From: an uncultured Planctomycetaceae bacterium
GTDB lineage: Bacteria > Planctomycetota > Planctomycetia > Planctomycetales > Planctomycetaceae
NCBI GenBank assembly: GCA_963813715.1
Contig: CAWFAK010000005.1
Span: forward strand, 1,184,001-1,248,000
DNA length: 64,000 nt
Direction of reading: 5' to 3'
Part shown: piece by piece, positions 48,824 through 64,000 of the stretch
How the letters are laid out: every line of letters begins with the position of its first letter
Position numbering within the stretch: the stretch's first letter is position 1
Translations under genes and position numbers: made by a program
The notes under the pieces: model-generated
What the model was told of the DNA's origin: nothing
The model's input: the letters and a program-made list of their open reading frames with translations, nothing else
Databases searched by the model: none

Positions 48824-50692
48824 TTAAGTTTTTGGAGCAGCTGGAGTTAGTCGCTTCGTGCACTCTCGGGTTACGAGGCGGGAGGAGGAACAGGGGGGGG
48901 TACCTCGGTTCTGAGGTCCGGAGGTGACTCGCGCGGGGGGAAGCCCGGCGGTCAGTGTGACATCGGCCGCGGACTGAGCCAGCTCGTTGAGCAGGTCCAG
49001 ATAGGCTTTCTGTTCCTGCAGCAGGGCTGTCTGCGTGGCAAAGACGTTCAAGATGTCCGCCTGACCGGCGTCGAATTGGCGTTTGACGCGCGCCAGGTCT
49101 CCCGACAGCGACTGCACTAAATTGGAGTGTTCCTTTTCGGCCAGATTTCTCGCGCGCTGGTAGCGCTCGAGGGCCGTCTGCACTTCGACGCGCGCTCTCA
49201 TCCGCAGTGCATTGAGTCCAATGACTTTTTGGGCGCATTCGGCCTCGCGCTGGCGAGCCAGCGGCTTTCCGGAATCCCAAATCGGCAGGTTCATCTGCGC
49301 CGCGAACCCGAAGAACAGGGTTTCGAATTCGTCGCGTTCGTAATACGGACCAAACTGAATGTTTTGCACCGTGTTTGCCCGAGCAAGGTCCGCGTTTGAT
49401 TGGGCCACGTTGGTGCCAGCCTGGGCCGCACGCACGTCGGGCCGCTCGTCCGCAAAGGTCTCTGCAAGTTGGGCCGAGGATTGAACCTCGCCCGGTGCAG
49501 AGCCCGCTCCGTCAATCGGCAACCACTGAAAGTCTTCGAGGCGGCCCACCAGCTCGAACGGCCGATCGCCGACAAGGTTGAGTTGCCGTTCCAAGGCCAC
49601 CAGCGCAAGTTTGTAGTTCGCCTCGGCGAGAGCCACTTGCTTGTGGCTTTGCCGCAACGAAACGCGGGCGGTTGTGTCTTCCCCGGGTTTGGCGAGTCCC
49701 GATTTGAAGCGGCGCTCGACGTCGGCGGCCAACTCTTCGTTGAGGCTCGCCGCCCGCTGTGCGAGATCGCGGAGGTCTCGCTGATAAACCGCCGTAAAAA
49801 AGAGCTTTTCGGTCGTGGCCAAGGTGGTCAGTTCGGCGGCGATGACGCTCCAACGGATCTGGTTGAGCGCGGCGGCGGCGCTGGCCTCTCGATACCTCTG
49901 TTGGTGCGCGAGCTCGAGGGTCTGCAAAATGTAGACCGAGTTTCTAACGGCCAGCAAGTTGCCAGTGGGGTCGCGGGCGTAGGGGAGCACTTCGGCCTTG
50001 ATGGTTGGGTTGAACGGGTAATGTTCTGCGACGTCCAACATCGCTTGGGCAACGGGTTCGCCTGCGCGAAGGGTGACCAGAGTGTCATTGCGGTCCAAGG
50101 AAGTGGCGATCGCCGCGTCGAGCGACAGTTGAGGTCCGCCTGAGTCGACCGACGATCCCAATCCTCCCGGTCCGGACGGAGCACTCGCAATGGCGGCCCC
50201 CGGCCCGCTTGATGAATCGCCACCCCGACCAGAGAGGCCGGTCGACGGCGAATCGGGCGTTGGTGGCAACTTTGGCACGGTGGTCGCCACCGTGAAATCG
50301 GCAACGAAGTGGTTGGCGGCCGCCCCATCCGGTGCCGCAGACGAGTCTGGTACCGACGGCGCCGCCGCCACGCTCGGGGCGCCAGTAGCAGCCACCGGCG
50401 TGATTGGGCTGGGAGCGACCGGGGCTGGAACCGTCCCGAGCGCGGCCGGCAGTTCGCCACTCGTCGCTACGACGACTTGTGGAGCCTCGGGATCGGGGGC
50501 GTTAATGGCGGCCTGCAAAGTGTCGGTCGGCAACGGATCGACTCGGGGCGGCGAGCTTGCGTTCGCAGTGAAGCGGGTGCCGGCCCGCAGGTCGGCATTG
50601 GGGGGCGACGTTCCTGCGCTTTGACAGCCGGCCAACCCAGCCGCCAGAATTGCGATAAGAGGAAGGATCTCTCTCGCTGAGCAATTGCGCAT
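48824..50692 (-). CDS. TolC-family outer-membrane efflux lipoprotein
   Basis: Lipobox LAGC, Pro/Ala linker and OEP repeats (ERPDVRAA, LPIWD, FDAGQ..LNV). Confidence 0.85.
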   Translation of the reverse strand: MRNCSAREILPLIAILAAGLAGCQSAGTSPPNADLRAGTRFTANASSPPRVDPLPTDTLQAAINAPDPEAPQVVVATSGELPAALGTVPAPVAPSPITPVAATGAPSVAAAPSVPDSSAAPDGAAANHFVADFTVATTVPKLPPTPDSPSTGLSGRGGDSSSGPGAAIASAPSGPGGLGSSVDSGGPQLSLDAAIATSLDRNDTLVTLRAGEPVAQAMLDVAEHYPFNPTIKAEVLPYARDPTGNLLAVRNSVYILQTLELAHQQRYREASAAAALNQIRWSVIAAELTTLATTEKLFFTAVYQRDLRDLAQRAASLNEELAADVERRFKSGLAKPGEDTTARVSLRQSHKQVALAEANYKLALVALERQLNLVGDRPFELVGRLEDFQWLPIDGAGSAPGEVQSSAQLAETFADERPDVRAAQAGTNVAQSNADLARANTVQNIQFGPYYERDEFETLFFGFAAQMNLPIWDSGKPLARQREAECAQKVIGLNALRMRARVEVQTALERYQRARNLAEKEHSNLVQSLSGDLARVKRQFDAGQADILNVFATQTALLQEQKAYLDLLNELAQSAADVTLTAGLPPARVTSGPQNRGTPPCSSSRLVTRECTKRLTPAAPKT

Positions 50693-50981
50693 CGGTTCGC
50701 CTTCCCTGGAGATCCGACTCAGCACATCTCGCACGCACGCGATCATTTTCTGGACGCGCGGATGTGAGTTTGAACCGCTTTCAGCGGCTCCTTCGCGCGG
50801 CGGATCAGTCCTTTGCTTTGGCGCACGAACGGCTTAAACCCCCTCGATCCGGGGCGTCGTGCGCCAATCATCGGCGAGCGGCGGAACTTGATCTTGATGT
50901 GAAAGAAAACTCACCGGTTTTTCGCCCTCCGCCCGTCGGGATTGCGATATTCTGATTTGGTAAGGCATTCCTAATAAAGCA

Positions 50982-52750
50982 ATGAGACGCACAGTGACGA
51001 TAAGCGCCCGTTTTGCGATTCTGCTGGTCGGGATTCCGCTGGCATGCTTCGCGCCCGGCTGCGGAACGGCCTTTTGGAGTTCAGTTTCACAGCCAGGCGA
51101 GGCGGCCAAGCCCGCGGGCGTTACCCGGGCGGACGCCACCGCAAAGGGGGGCAAAGAGGAATCCGACCACGACAAAGCAAAGTCGACCAGCAAGGAGGAC
51201 GCCAAAGACGAACCGGCCCGCGATAAGAAGGACGACGATAAGAAAGGCGATGACCCAAAAGCGGACAACAAGAAAGACGAACCGCAGGAAGAGAAAATCC
51301 CCGGGCACGTCAACGTCCGCTGCGTGACGGCCCGACGCCTGCCGTTCGCAATCACCGTGGAAGGGCTCGGTCGGACGGAGCCGCTGCCGGAATGCGTTGG
51401 CTCGCTGACGGCAGCCGTCGAAGGACATGTGCACGAGTTGCTCGTGCGCATCGGAGACACCGTCAAGGCCCACCAGCCGATCCTGCAACTCGATCCCACG
51501 GTGGCCAAGGCCACCCTGGCGGAGAAGGAAGCCAACAAGGACAGCCTCGTCGCCGCGCAAACTGCTCGAGTCGCTGCCGCGCCCCGAGGAGCGGCGTGCC
51601 GCCGAGCTAGCCGTCGAGCAGGCGAAAATCTCGGTCGAGCACGACGAGTTGCAGGTCGAAAACCTGCGCAAGCTCCTGGCGACCAAAGACGTCTCGGAGA
51701 AGGTGCTCCACGACGAGGAAGTGCTGCTCAAGCAGGCCAAGGTCACGCTCCAGACGGCCGAGGCGCAGCTGAAACTGCTAATGACCGGCCCGCGTCCCGA
51801 AGCCGTCGCCGAGGCTCAAACGAAGATCGTCATGGCCGAGCAGGCCGTCGCCAGTTCGCAAGAATCGCTGGCGCTGCATACGCTGCGGGCCCCGATTGCC
51901 GGCGTCGTCGAATCGCTCAACTGTCATCCGGGTCAGACGCTGACGATCGGCACTCCCGTCGGTGAAGTAATCGATATCCGGCGGCTGTTCGTCACGATCT
52001 ATTTCCCCGCCCGCATCACGCGTTTGTTGCAGCCGGGGATGGTCGCCAAGGTCGATCTCTCCGACGGCAGCCATCCGGCCGCCGAAACGTCCGCAAAGGA
52101 GAGCGACAAAGACGCCAAAGAGAAGGAACCGGCCGCCAAAGAAAAAGAACCGGCGAGCAAGGAAAAGGAATCGTCCGCCAAGGAGAAGGAACCCGAGAAG
52201 GAATCGTCCAAGAAGGACAACGATGTCGTGAGCGGAAAGGTCGCCTTCATCGGCAACTCGGCCGATCCGCAGACTGGCAACTACGCCGTGCGGATTCTTG
52301 ATGGACAACGAGGGCGGGCGGCTGCGGCTGGGACAGGTCGTCAAAGCGACCATCGTGTTGCGAACCGAAGAGCCACAGCTGGCCGTTCCCGAGGCGGCAA
52401 TCTTCGATCAAGGCGAGGGGCCGCTGTTGGCCGTCGTCCGCGAAGGAAAGATCCGGCTCTTGCATCCTGAGCTAGGCGCCTCGGACGGGGGCAACGTGGC
52501 AGTGACCAAGACCGACCTCAAAGAGGGGGAGCCGGTCATCGTCGAGGGCGCCTACGGCATGGAAGACAATAAGGTCGAGGCCACAATCATCGCCGAGCCA
52601 AAATCGGCTGAATCCAAAGAGGGCGAAGCGAAAGAGGGCAAGGCTGAGGAAGCCAAAGACGCCAAGCCGGTCGAGCCCAAGGAGGCCAAGCCCGAAGAGA
52701 ACAAACCCGCCGACGAGAAAGAAAAGGCGAAAGGCGACGAGCGCAAGTGA
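50982..52750 (+). CDS. RND efflux periplasmic adaptor with Lys/Glu/Asp-rich insertions; two frameshifts
   Basis: AAVEGHVHELLVRIGDTV, LRAPIAGVV, DPQTG and AVPEAAI. Confidence 0.85.
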
Positions 52751-55700
52751 CGGCCCCTCCTTTGGAATCGGTCCGGCCTCCTCGGACCGAAGCACATCTC
52801 GGTGACGGTCATCCGGAAGTGACGCGGCGCGGGTTGAACCTCGTCGCCGCCGCTCGTCCGTATTTCGGCCTGATCGTCTTGACCTCGGCATTGCTGAGCG
52901 TGCTGGGCGTGGTCGCCATGCTGCACATGCCCAGCGGCATCTACCCCGAGGTCGCCTTCCCGCGGATCACAGTCGTGGCGCAGACTCCCGGGCTGGCAGT
53001 CAAGGATGTCGAAATCTCGATCACGCGGCCGATCGAGGAGCAAGTCAGCATCGTGCTCGGCGTGATCCGCGTCCGCGCCAAATCGGTCCGCGGAGCGAGT
53101 GAACTTAGCGTCGACTTCGCGCCGGGCACCAACATGATCCAGGCGCTCAACGACGTCCGCGCGCGAATGGCCGAGCTGGGCTCGCAATTGCCGGCCGGCA
53201 CCAGCACGATCGTCGAGCGGCAGACGCCCTCGATCTTCCCGATCATTTCCTTCGTCATCACCGGTGCCAAAGATCCGTCGGCCCTCTACGACTACGCCTA
53301 CTACGACCTGCGCCCCCGTATCAGCCGCATTCCGAACGTCTCGTACGTGACGGTGCAAGGGGGCGACATCCGGGAGATCGTGGTCGAGGTCGATCCGCAG
53401 ACGCTGGTCGCCGCCAATTTGTCGATCGCCGACGTGGCCGACCGGCTGGGCCGGGAGCACCGGCTGAAGGCCGTCGGTCGGCTCGACCAGGGAATCTTGC
53501 AATACCAGGTGCTTGCCGACACGGTTGCCGACGCTCCGCTCGATCTGGAAAACGTGGTGATCGTCGAGAAGAACGGGCAGCCGCTGCGCGTCCGCGACCT
53601 GGGCCGCGTGATCGTGTCGCATGAAGATCGCACCAAGGCCATCCGCTCCGACGGCAAGAACGCTGTCGCGCTCACGGTCTTTCGCCAACCGGGCGGCAAC
53701 GCGCTGGCGATCTCGAGCGCGCTCAATACCGTGCTGGCTGACGCGAAGAAGTCGACCCCATCGGGCATCGAGATTACGCCGGTCTATGACCAGGGGAACC
53801 TGGTCCGCACGGCCGTGGCCAATGTCCGCGATGCGATCCTCTACGGCGCGCTGTTCAGCGTCATCATTCTCTTATTGTTTCTGAAGAGCATTCGCGCCAC
53901 GTTGATCGCGTCGCTGGCGATCCCCTTGAGTCTGTTGATCAGCTTCGTGGTCCTCTACCTGATGGGTGACACGCTCAATTTGATGTCGCTCGGCGGCCTG
54001 GCGATCGCCATCGGACTGATCATCGATGACACAGTCGTGGTCATCGAAAACATCTCGCGGCATCTCGCGGCAGGAGAAACGGGCGACACGGCGGTCGACA
54101 GCGCCAGCAAAGAGATCAGTGGCGCCGTGATCGGCTCAACCTTCACCACCATCCTCGTGTTCTTGCCCCTGGCCTTCGTGCACGGAGTGATCGGCCAATT
54201 CTTCCAGTCGTTGAGCCTGGCGCTGTCGGTCTCGCTCTTGGTGTCGATGGTCGTGAGCTTGACTATTATCCCCGTGCTGGCGTCCCGTTTCTTGGCGCAC
54301 CGCGCGATGCCGACCACCGGCCCGATTTACGCGGTCTTTGCCAACGGGTACGAGGGCTTGCTACGGGCCGGCCTGCGCTTCCCGCGATTCAGCGTGGTCC
54401 TGGCGCTGTTGATGGTGATTCCCGTCTGGTGGCTCTCGCAAAACGTCAAAACGGGATTCATGCCCGACATGGATGAAGGCGCCTTTGTCGTCGATTACTG
54501 GATGCCGGTGGGCACCTCGCTCAGCCAGACCGACAAGGTGGCCCGCCGCATCGAGGCCATCCTGCTAAAAAACGAGGCGGTGGCCGGGTACATCCGCCGC
54601 ACCGGGGCCGAGCTGGGCCTCTACGCGACCGAGCCCCATCGAGGCGACATTCTCGTGAGCCTCAAGCCGTCCGGCGAGCGCGAGAAGATGCAAGAAATCA
54701 TGGATGATATTGAAACAGAGATCAAAGGCTCGGTTCCCGAACTGGCGACTCTCGAGCTGGTGCCGCTCGTGCGCGACCAGATCAACGACCTCTCGGGCGT
54801 CGACAAACCGATCGAGATCAAGATCTTCGGACCCGATTTCAACCAAATCCGCGAGTTGGCCGAAAAGGCAGGTCAGATCGCGGAAAAAACGCCCGGCGTG
54901 GGAGAAGTCAAGTCGAACGTCGAATTGGGCAACCCCGACATCGTCGTCCGCACCAAAAGCGCCGAGGCCGCGCGGCTCGGTCTAACTCAAATGGACGTCG
55001 AGGCGCAGCTCAACGCGGCCCTCTACGGCCAGGTGGCGACCACGCTCCCCGAGCAGGACCGGATGACCAAGATCCGCGTCCGCTACCCCGACAAAGTGCG
55101 CTACGCCCGCAAGGACCTGGGTCAGCTGCCGATCAGTTACCTGGCCGCGACGCCCGCGACGACTCCCGCCTCAGCCGCGAATGCGGTCGCACCCGCTCCT
55201 GGCGTGCTCAATTTCGTGCCGCTGGAAGACCTAGCGACCATCGATCTCAAGCGCAGTGCCAACGAAAAGTGGCGCGAGAACCAGCAACCGGTGATCACTG
55301 TCCAAGGTGAACTCAAGGAAGGCGCCGACCTGGCGGGAGTTAACAAGGCGCTTGCCGCTCAGATGGCCGACATTTCATTTCCGCCGGGCTACCGCTGGGA
55401 GTTAGCCGGCACGTATCGGGCAACGCAGGAATCGTTCAGCAGCCTGCTGACGGTGATGGTTGTCGCCTCGGCGCTCGTGTTCTTGCTGCTCGGACTACAG
55501 TTCAAGAGCGTGATTCTGCCTCTCTTGATCTTCTTGGCCCAGCCGATTTCGCTCGCCGCCGCGCTCTTCGCGCTCTGGATTACCAACACGCCACTGAATG
55601 TCTCTTCCTTCATGGGCGCGATTCTGCTGATTGGCCTGGACGTCAAGAACGGCATCATCCTGATCGAGTACATCGGCCAATTGCGGGAAGGCGGAATGGA

Positions 55701-55971
55701 GCTGCACGAGGCTCTGCTGGTCGCCGGCCGCACGCGATTCCGTCCCATCTTGATGACTAGCCTGACGGCGATTTTCGGCCTCGTTCCGCTGGCACTGGGC
55801 CATGGGCCGGGCGCGCAGATGCAGCAGCCCCTGGCCATCGCGGTTATCGGCGGATTGACCGCGAACATGCTGGTGACGCGGCTCTTGATCCCGATCGGTT
55901 ATCAGGTCATCCAAGGCCGAATTGAGGAACCGTCCAAGCACGCCGGGCTCACCGCGCCGGCAACCGCCTGA
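52747..55971 (+). CDS. RND efflux permease (AcrB/CusA family)
   Basis: 1074 aa; GLIIDDTVVVIENI, KNGIILIEY and RFRPILMT. Confidence 0.95.
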   Translation: MTAPPLESVRPPRTEAHLGDGHPEVTRRGLNLVAAARPYFGLIVLTSALLSVLGVVAMLHMPSGIYPEVAFPRITVVAQTPGLAVKDVEISITRPIEEQVSIVLGVIRVRAKSVRGASELSVDFAPGTNMIQALNDVRARMAELGSQLPAGTSTIVERQTPSIFPIISFVITGAKDPSALYDYAYYDLRPRISRIPNVSYVTVQGGDIREIVVEVDPQTLVAANLSIADVADRLGREHRLKAVGRLDQGILQYQVLADTVADAPLDLENVVIVEKNGQPLRVRDLGRVIVSHEDRTKAIRSDGKNAVALTVFRQPGGNALAISSALNTVLADAKKSTPSGIEITPVYDQGNLVRTAVANVRDAILYGALFSVIILLLFLKSIRATLIASLAIPLSLLISFVVLYLMGDTLNLMSLGGLAIAIGLIIDDTVVVIENISRHLAAGETGDTAVDSASKEISGAVIGSTFTTILVFLPLAFVHGVIGQFFQSLSLALSVSLLVSMVVSLTIIPVLASRFLAHRAMPTTGPIYAVFANGYEGLLRAGLRFPRFSVVLALLMVIPVWWLSQNVKTGFMPDMDEGAFVVDYWMPVGTSLSQTDKVARRIEAILLKNEAVAGYIRRTGAELGLYATEPHRGDILVSLKPSGEREKMQEIMDDIETEIKGSVPELATLELVPLVRDQINDLSGVDKPIEIKIFGPDFNQIRELAEKAGQIAEKTPGVGEVKSNVELGNPDIVVRTKSAEAARLGLTQMDVEAQLNAALYGQVATTLPEQDRMTKIRVRYPDKVRYARKDLGQLPISYLAATPATTPASAANAVAPAPGVLNFVPLEDLATIDLKRSANEKWRENQQPVITVQGELKEGADLAGVNKALAAQMADISFPPGYRWELAGTYRATQESFSSLLTVMVVASALVFLLLGLQFKSVILPLLIFLAQPISLAAALFALWITNTPLNVSSFMGAILLIGLDVKNGIILIEYIGQLREGGMELHEALLVAGRTRFRPILMTSLTAIFGLVPLALGHGPGAQMQQPLAIAVIGGLTANMLVTRLLIPIGYQVIQGRIEEPSKHAGLTAPATA

Positions 55972-55976
55972 CGCAT

Positions 55977-57291
55977 TCACAGGTTCCAGCCGGTGCGATA
56001 CGGGACCTCGAGAAACTGGTCGGCCTCGGGACAGTTCGTTGCACGGGCCGCCGTCGCATCCCAGACAAGCTCTTTTTGCCCTACGCGGTAAGAGACGTTG
56101 CCCAGTAATCCCGCCTCGGTCAGCAGGCCGCCGTACTCGAAGGGCGACGACGTCTGCCCTTCGCCGCGGATGGCCTGGAACCATTCCTCGTGGTGGCCGG
56201 GGGAATTGGGAGTCACTTGCGGCACTTTGGGTTCTTCGAGGCCGGGCTCGAGGAAGAGCTTGCGGGTCCGGTAGTCCAGAAGCAGGCGGCCGTTTTCGCC
56301 CTCGAAGAGTATGGCCGAGGTCTTGCCGTAGACGTCGATCCATTCCGGTTTGTACTTCCCCTGATACCAGGTCAGGTGGACGGGGCGTTGTTGGCCGCGG
56401 GCCGGGAATTTGTACTCGACCCGCATTGCGTCGGGCATGGCGTTGTCGCCGTCGTGCGTCTTCTTGCCCCAGGCGTGAACCGTTTCGGGATGTTTGAGAT
56501 CGAGCGACCAGAAGGGAACGTCCATGTAGTGACAACAGAAGTCGGCCAGATGCCCGCCGCCGAAGTCCCACCAGTATCGCCAGTCGAAAGTGAGAGAAGG
56601 CCGGATCGAACGGCCGGTAGGCGACGGGACCGAGCCAGAGGTCGTAATTCAATCCGGCCGGCACGTGAGCGTTCTTCGTCAGCTTCATCGGCTTGACGCT
56701 GCTCTTCTGCCAGATGTAGACGCGGCCGATCGGACCGAGCACGCCCGCACGGACGATGTCGACAGCCCGTCGATAGTTTTGCCCCGCATGAATTTGATTG
56801 CCCGTCTGTGTCGGCACCTTGGCGGTGGCAGCCGCGGCCAAGAGAGTTCGTAGTTCGTGCACAGTCTTGGTGAGCGGTTTCTCGCTGTAGACGGGCAGAC
56901 CGCGTTTGAGGGCGCTCACGACCACGATCGCGTGGTTGTGATCGGGCGTCGCCACCACCACGCCGTCAAGCCCCTTGAGATCGAGCACGCGGCGGAAGTC
57001 GTCGAATCGCTTGGAGTCCGGATGCTTGGCGGTTGTCGCCTCGAGCCGCTTTGCGTCTACGTCGCAGAGCGCGACGATATTTTGTGACGACACCTCGCGG
57101 AGATTGTCCAAGCCCCGCGGCCCGAGCCCAATGACCGCCAGGTTGAGCCGCTCGTTAGGGCTTTTTTTCTGTGTCGCTGCAGCAGCCGACCGAGTGAGCA
57201 GCTGCGCGGCAGGAATTGCCGTGCCGGCAGCCAGGGCACTTTGCAAGAACCGACGTCGATCCACGGCCCGCTGTCGTTCAGTGCGTTCCAC
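55977..57291 (-). CDS. Gfo/Idh/MocA oxidoreductase with Tat signal; frameshift near 56590
   Basis: DRRRFLQ, IGLGPRG, ATPDHNH, SEKP and YDLWLGP. Confidence 0.9.
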
Positions 57292-57316
57292 GGGATGCGT
57301 CCTCTCCGATGCGATC

Positions 57317-58741
<1,425 letters not shown>

Positions 58742-59035
58742 GAGGTTTGCTTCCTTGTTGATTCCACGCTGATCATAGCGTTTCAACGCCAGTTGGTCAG
58801 CGGCCCGGACGGTTCTCCATTAGGGACACCCGAGCGATTGGATGAATTTTCATCAGGGACGTTTGCCGGTAGCGTCCATAGCGGTGAAAATATAAGGAAT
58901 GGGCTTTGGCCCGCGGGTCTCAGCGTCGAATCAGCCCCGACCATTCCGCAGCAACGGACGTTCATTCCGATAGTCACTTCGCTCTGCCGACGTTCGGTTG
59001 ATGCTGTAGGGCTGTTGCCTCCAAGGTGACGCGAC

Positions 59036-61881
<2,846 letters not shown>

Positions 61882-62000
61882 TTCGCCGCGTGTGATTCGC
61901 AGCGTGCGAATTGCAACGGCGCGATCAGCCCCGCAGTGCGGCCTCGCGGAGCAGACGATCCGCAGTGTGCGTAGTCCGCCGATGTGCGGCTGAGCTACAC

Positions 62001-62857
62001 CTATTCTTTGTCGTCGTGCGCAGTCTCGATCTCATCGTCTTTCCCCGATCGATTGAGCATCGTGAGGAGCCCGTGACTATTGAAAACCGCCCCGGAAAGC
62101 ATGATTGCTCCCACATACATCGACTTGATGGCGACCGGAGCATCCAGGCCGACGGAAGGAACGGCTAGTGCAACATTTCCGAGCGCCATTACAGTCCCAG
62201 TGCCCCCCAGCACAAGGCGTCCCATGACGCCATTTTTTTCCTTCTTCTTCGGTTTCCGAGCCACGTGAGCCAGGACGACTATATTTTTTTTCGTGTGCAC
62301 AACCTGCTGCTCGACCAATAGAAGCAATTGTTCAGCATTCTTTGGCAGGATTCTCGCGGGATCACCTGCCTGTACCTGTGAGCTCTGACTGAGAGTCGAG
62401 CTTCTGCGCTCGTCCTATCGTGTTCGCCGCCGCTGCTGCGCCCACGCAGCCGTGACGTTCCCTTCTCCTCCCGTTCACTTCCCGATCGACGCTCGGTGGC
62501 AGGTTGCGATCCGTCGGTTCGATAACGCTCTGCCTCCTGAACCATTCGGGAGACATCTTTTCGCTTCAACTTCAGAACATGGTGGAGCTGCATCTCGAAC
62601 TTGATGAATTCGTCATGCTTAATTGACCGCGTTATAGAGGAGTCGGCCTTTGACAGGCGAATGCCCTTATGAACTTCGGCAAGCGCATAATTGACCTCTG
62701 CGCGAGCCGATTCTTTCCCGAGAATGCTTCTCAGCTGATTGAGAAGTCTGTCAACCTCGGAGAAGCGTGCGCTACGTTCATTTCCCTTATGCGCTGCTTT
62801 CTTTAGGGCCCGCCTGATCGCAGAAACCAGGCGCAGAACGGACTGAAGTTCGTTCAT
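62001..62857 (-). CDS. Lower-GC hypothetical protein, frameshifted, with a C-terminal hydrophobic hairpin
   Basis: GGAG RBS before ATG 62857; ORFs 62279-62857 and 62001-62327 overlap on the same strand. Confidence 0.5.
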
Positions 62858-63038
62858 TACTCCACCGTTTATGTTCGCCTATTGTCTGTGGATCCTCGAC
62901 GCTACGAGCGATGGCCGTGAGGAAGGCAATATAGTAATCAGATTGGTATTTAGTTGCGATGACAATTCCTCAAAAGCCGCTCTGGCGTCGGTAGCTACCC
63001 TGTTGGGCGCAACTTGGGAAAGCCTATTAAGGCTGCAG

Positions 63039-63860
63039 CTATGCCCTCAGCCGGGCCTCACGCAGCAGACGATCGGTCGCGTCGTAGGCTTCGCGGACCC
63101 ACTCTTCAACCTTGTCGGGCTCGGGAGAGTATTCCAGCTCGATCGAGATTGCCCCGTCGATCCCCAGGGCCTTGATCTCCCGCAAGTACGGCAAAAAGTC
63201 GACGACGCCGTGTCCCGGCGGGAGATCGCCGTGCACCTTGCCGTCGCAATCGGAGATGTGCACGTGAATGGCTTTGCCCTGCAGCTTGCGGACTTCTTCT
63301 GGCCCGACGTGAGCGAGATGCAGATGCGAAACGTCGATGTTCGCCTTGAGAGCGGGATGATTCGCCTCATCGAGGAAGGCAACCATGCGGTCGACACTAT
63401 TGAGCAGCGACAGGGGAAACGGCTCCAGTTCGAGCGCGATCGCGAGTCCCAATGATTGAGCGTGGTCGGCCAGCCGCCGACAGTTGTCGAGCGCCGTCCG
63501 CCACTGTTCGGCTGGCGGAATGACCTCGCGATTCCAGATGTACTCACCCAGCACGAGCAACAGGTTCTTCGCTTCCAGTTCGTAAACCAGGTCGAGGTAG
63601 GCCTTCGCGCGTTCGATGTGAAACCGTTGCACGCTCGGGTTGAAATCGATCAAACCGACGGCCACGCAGCAGACCGAGACGATCGGCAGTTGTTGACGCC
63701 GGCACTCGTCGCGGATCAGCCGCCGCTCGCGGGCGTCAATCTCCAGCGGGTCGGCAAAGATGTCGATCGTGTCGAAGCCAATTTCTTTCGTTTTGCGGAT
63801 GCCCCAGCTGGTTTCGCGACCGGCTTGGGCCCAGGCGGAATTGATCAGTCCCAACTGCAT
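63039..63860 (-). CDS. Sugar phosphate isomerase/epimerase (AP endonuclease 2 TIM barrel)
   Basis: GFDTID, ALELEP, ANIDVSH, HVHISD, PGHG and SIELE. Confidence 0.92.
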   Translation of the reverse strand: MQLGLINSAWAQAGRETSWGIRKTKEIGFDTIDIFADPLEIDARERRLIRDECRRQQLPIVSVCCVAVGLIDFNPSVQRFHIERAKAYLDLVYELEAKNLLLVLGEYIWNREVIPPAEQWRTALDNCRRLADHAQSLGLAIALELEPFPLSLLNSVDRMVAFLDEANHPALKANIDVSHLHLAHVGPEEVRKLQGKAIHVHISDCDGKVHGDLPPGHGVVDFLPYLREIKALGIDGAISIELEYSPEPDKVEEWVREAYDATDRLLREARLRA

Positions 63861-64000
63861 GTGTTCACGCCATGGCTCACGGGTGACAAAACCTCGCGTG
63901 ATGAATCGACGCCGACCGATCCGAGCCACTCGCGAGCCGCGTTGGGTTACGTATGCGACACACCACCCCCAGCGGTGAGCGAGGGCGCGGGGCTCTTCGA

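Overview
This is a 64 kb GC-rich bacterial window with Planctomycetota hallmarks: an 'LE.R.LL' extracellular leader, an HTH-receiver regulator, a PQQ-like propeller, a GxxExxY gene and dense REP-type repeats. Housekeeping genes include polA (partial), glnS, gltX, glnA with a sigma54 promoter, ilvB, ggt, solA and fumC. It also carries MacAB/TolC and RND efflux loci, two ArnT/PMT glycosyltransferases, a membrane Ser/Thr kinase between duplicated CPBP protease genes, and a hybrid histidine kinase. About 20 genes, including essential ones, have small indel frameshifts, most likely long-read consensus errors. The main finding is a pair of tandem 1219-bp IS110 elements (22700-23918 and 24250-25468), each inserted at a CT core inside the same REP palindrome. 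Their non-coding left ends have the full bridge-RNA layout: target and donor guides that match the element's own flanks and circle junction, a compensatory base-pair change between the copies, and a promoter that forms only on circularisation. The two copies share the donor guides but differ in the left target guide, and empty copies of the target REP lie nearby. Other points of interest are an ethylene-receptor-like sensor domain lacking its copper ligands, a GxxExxY gene bracketed by inverted repeats, composite repeat modules and a LigD-PE/CPCC fusion. All assignments come from motif recognition by eye; no database searches were run.
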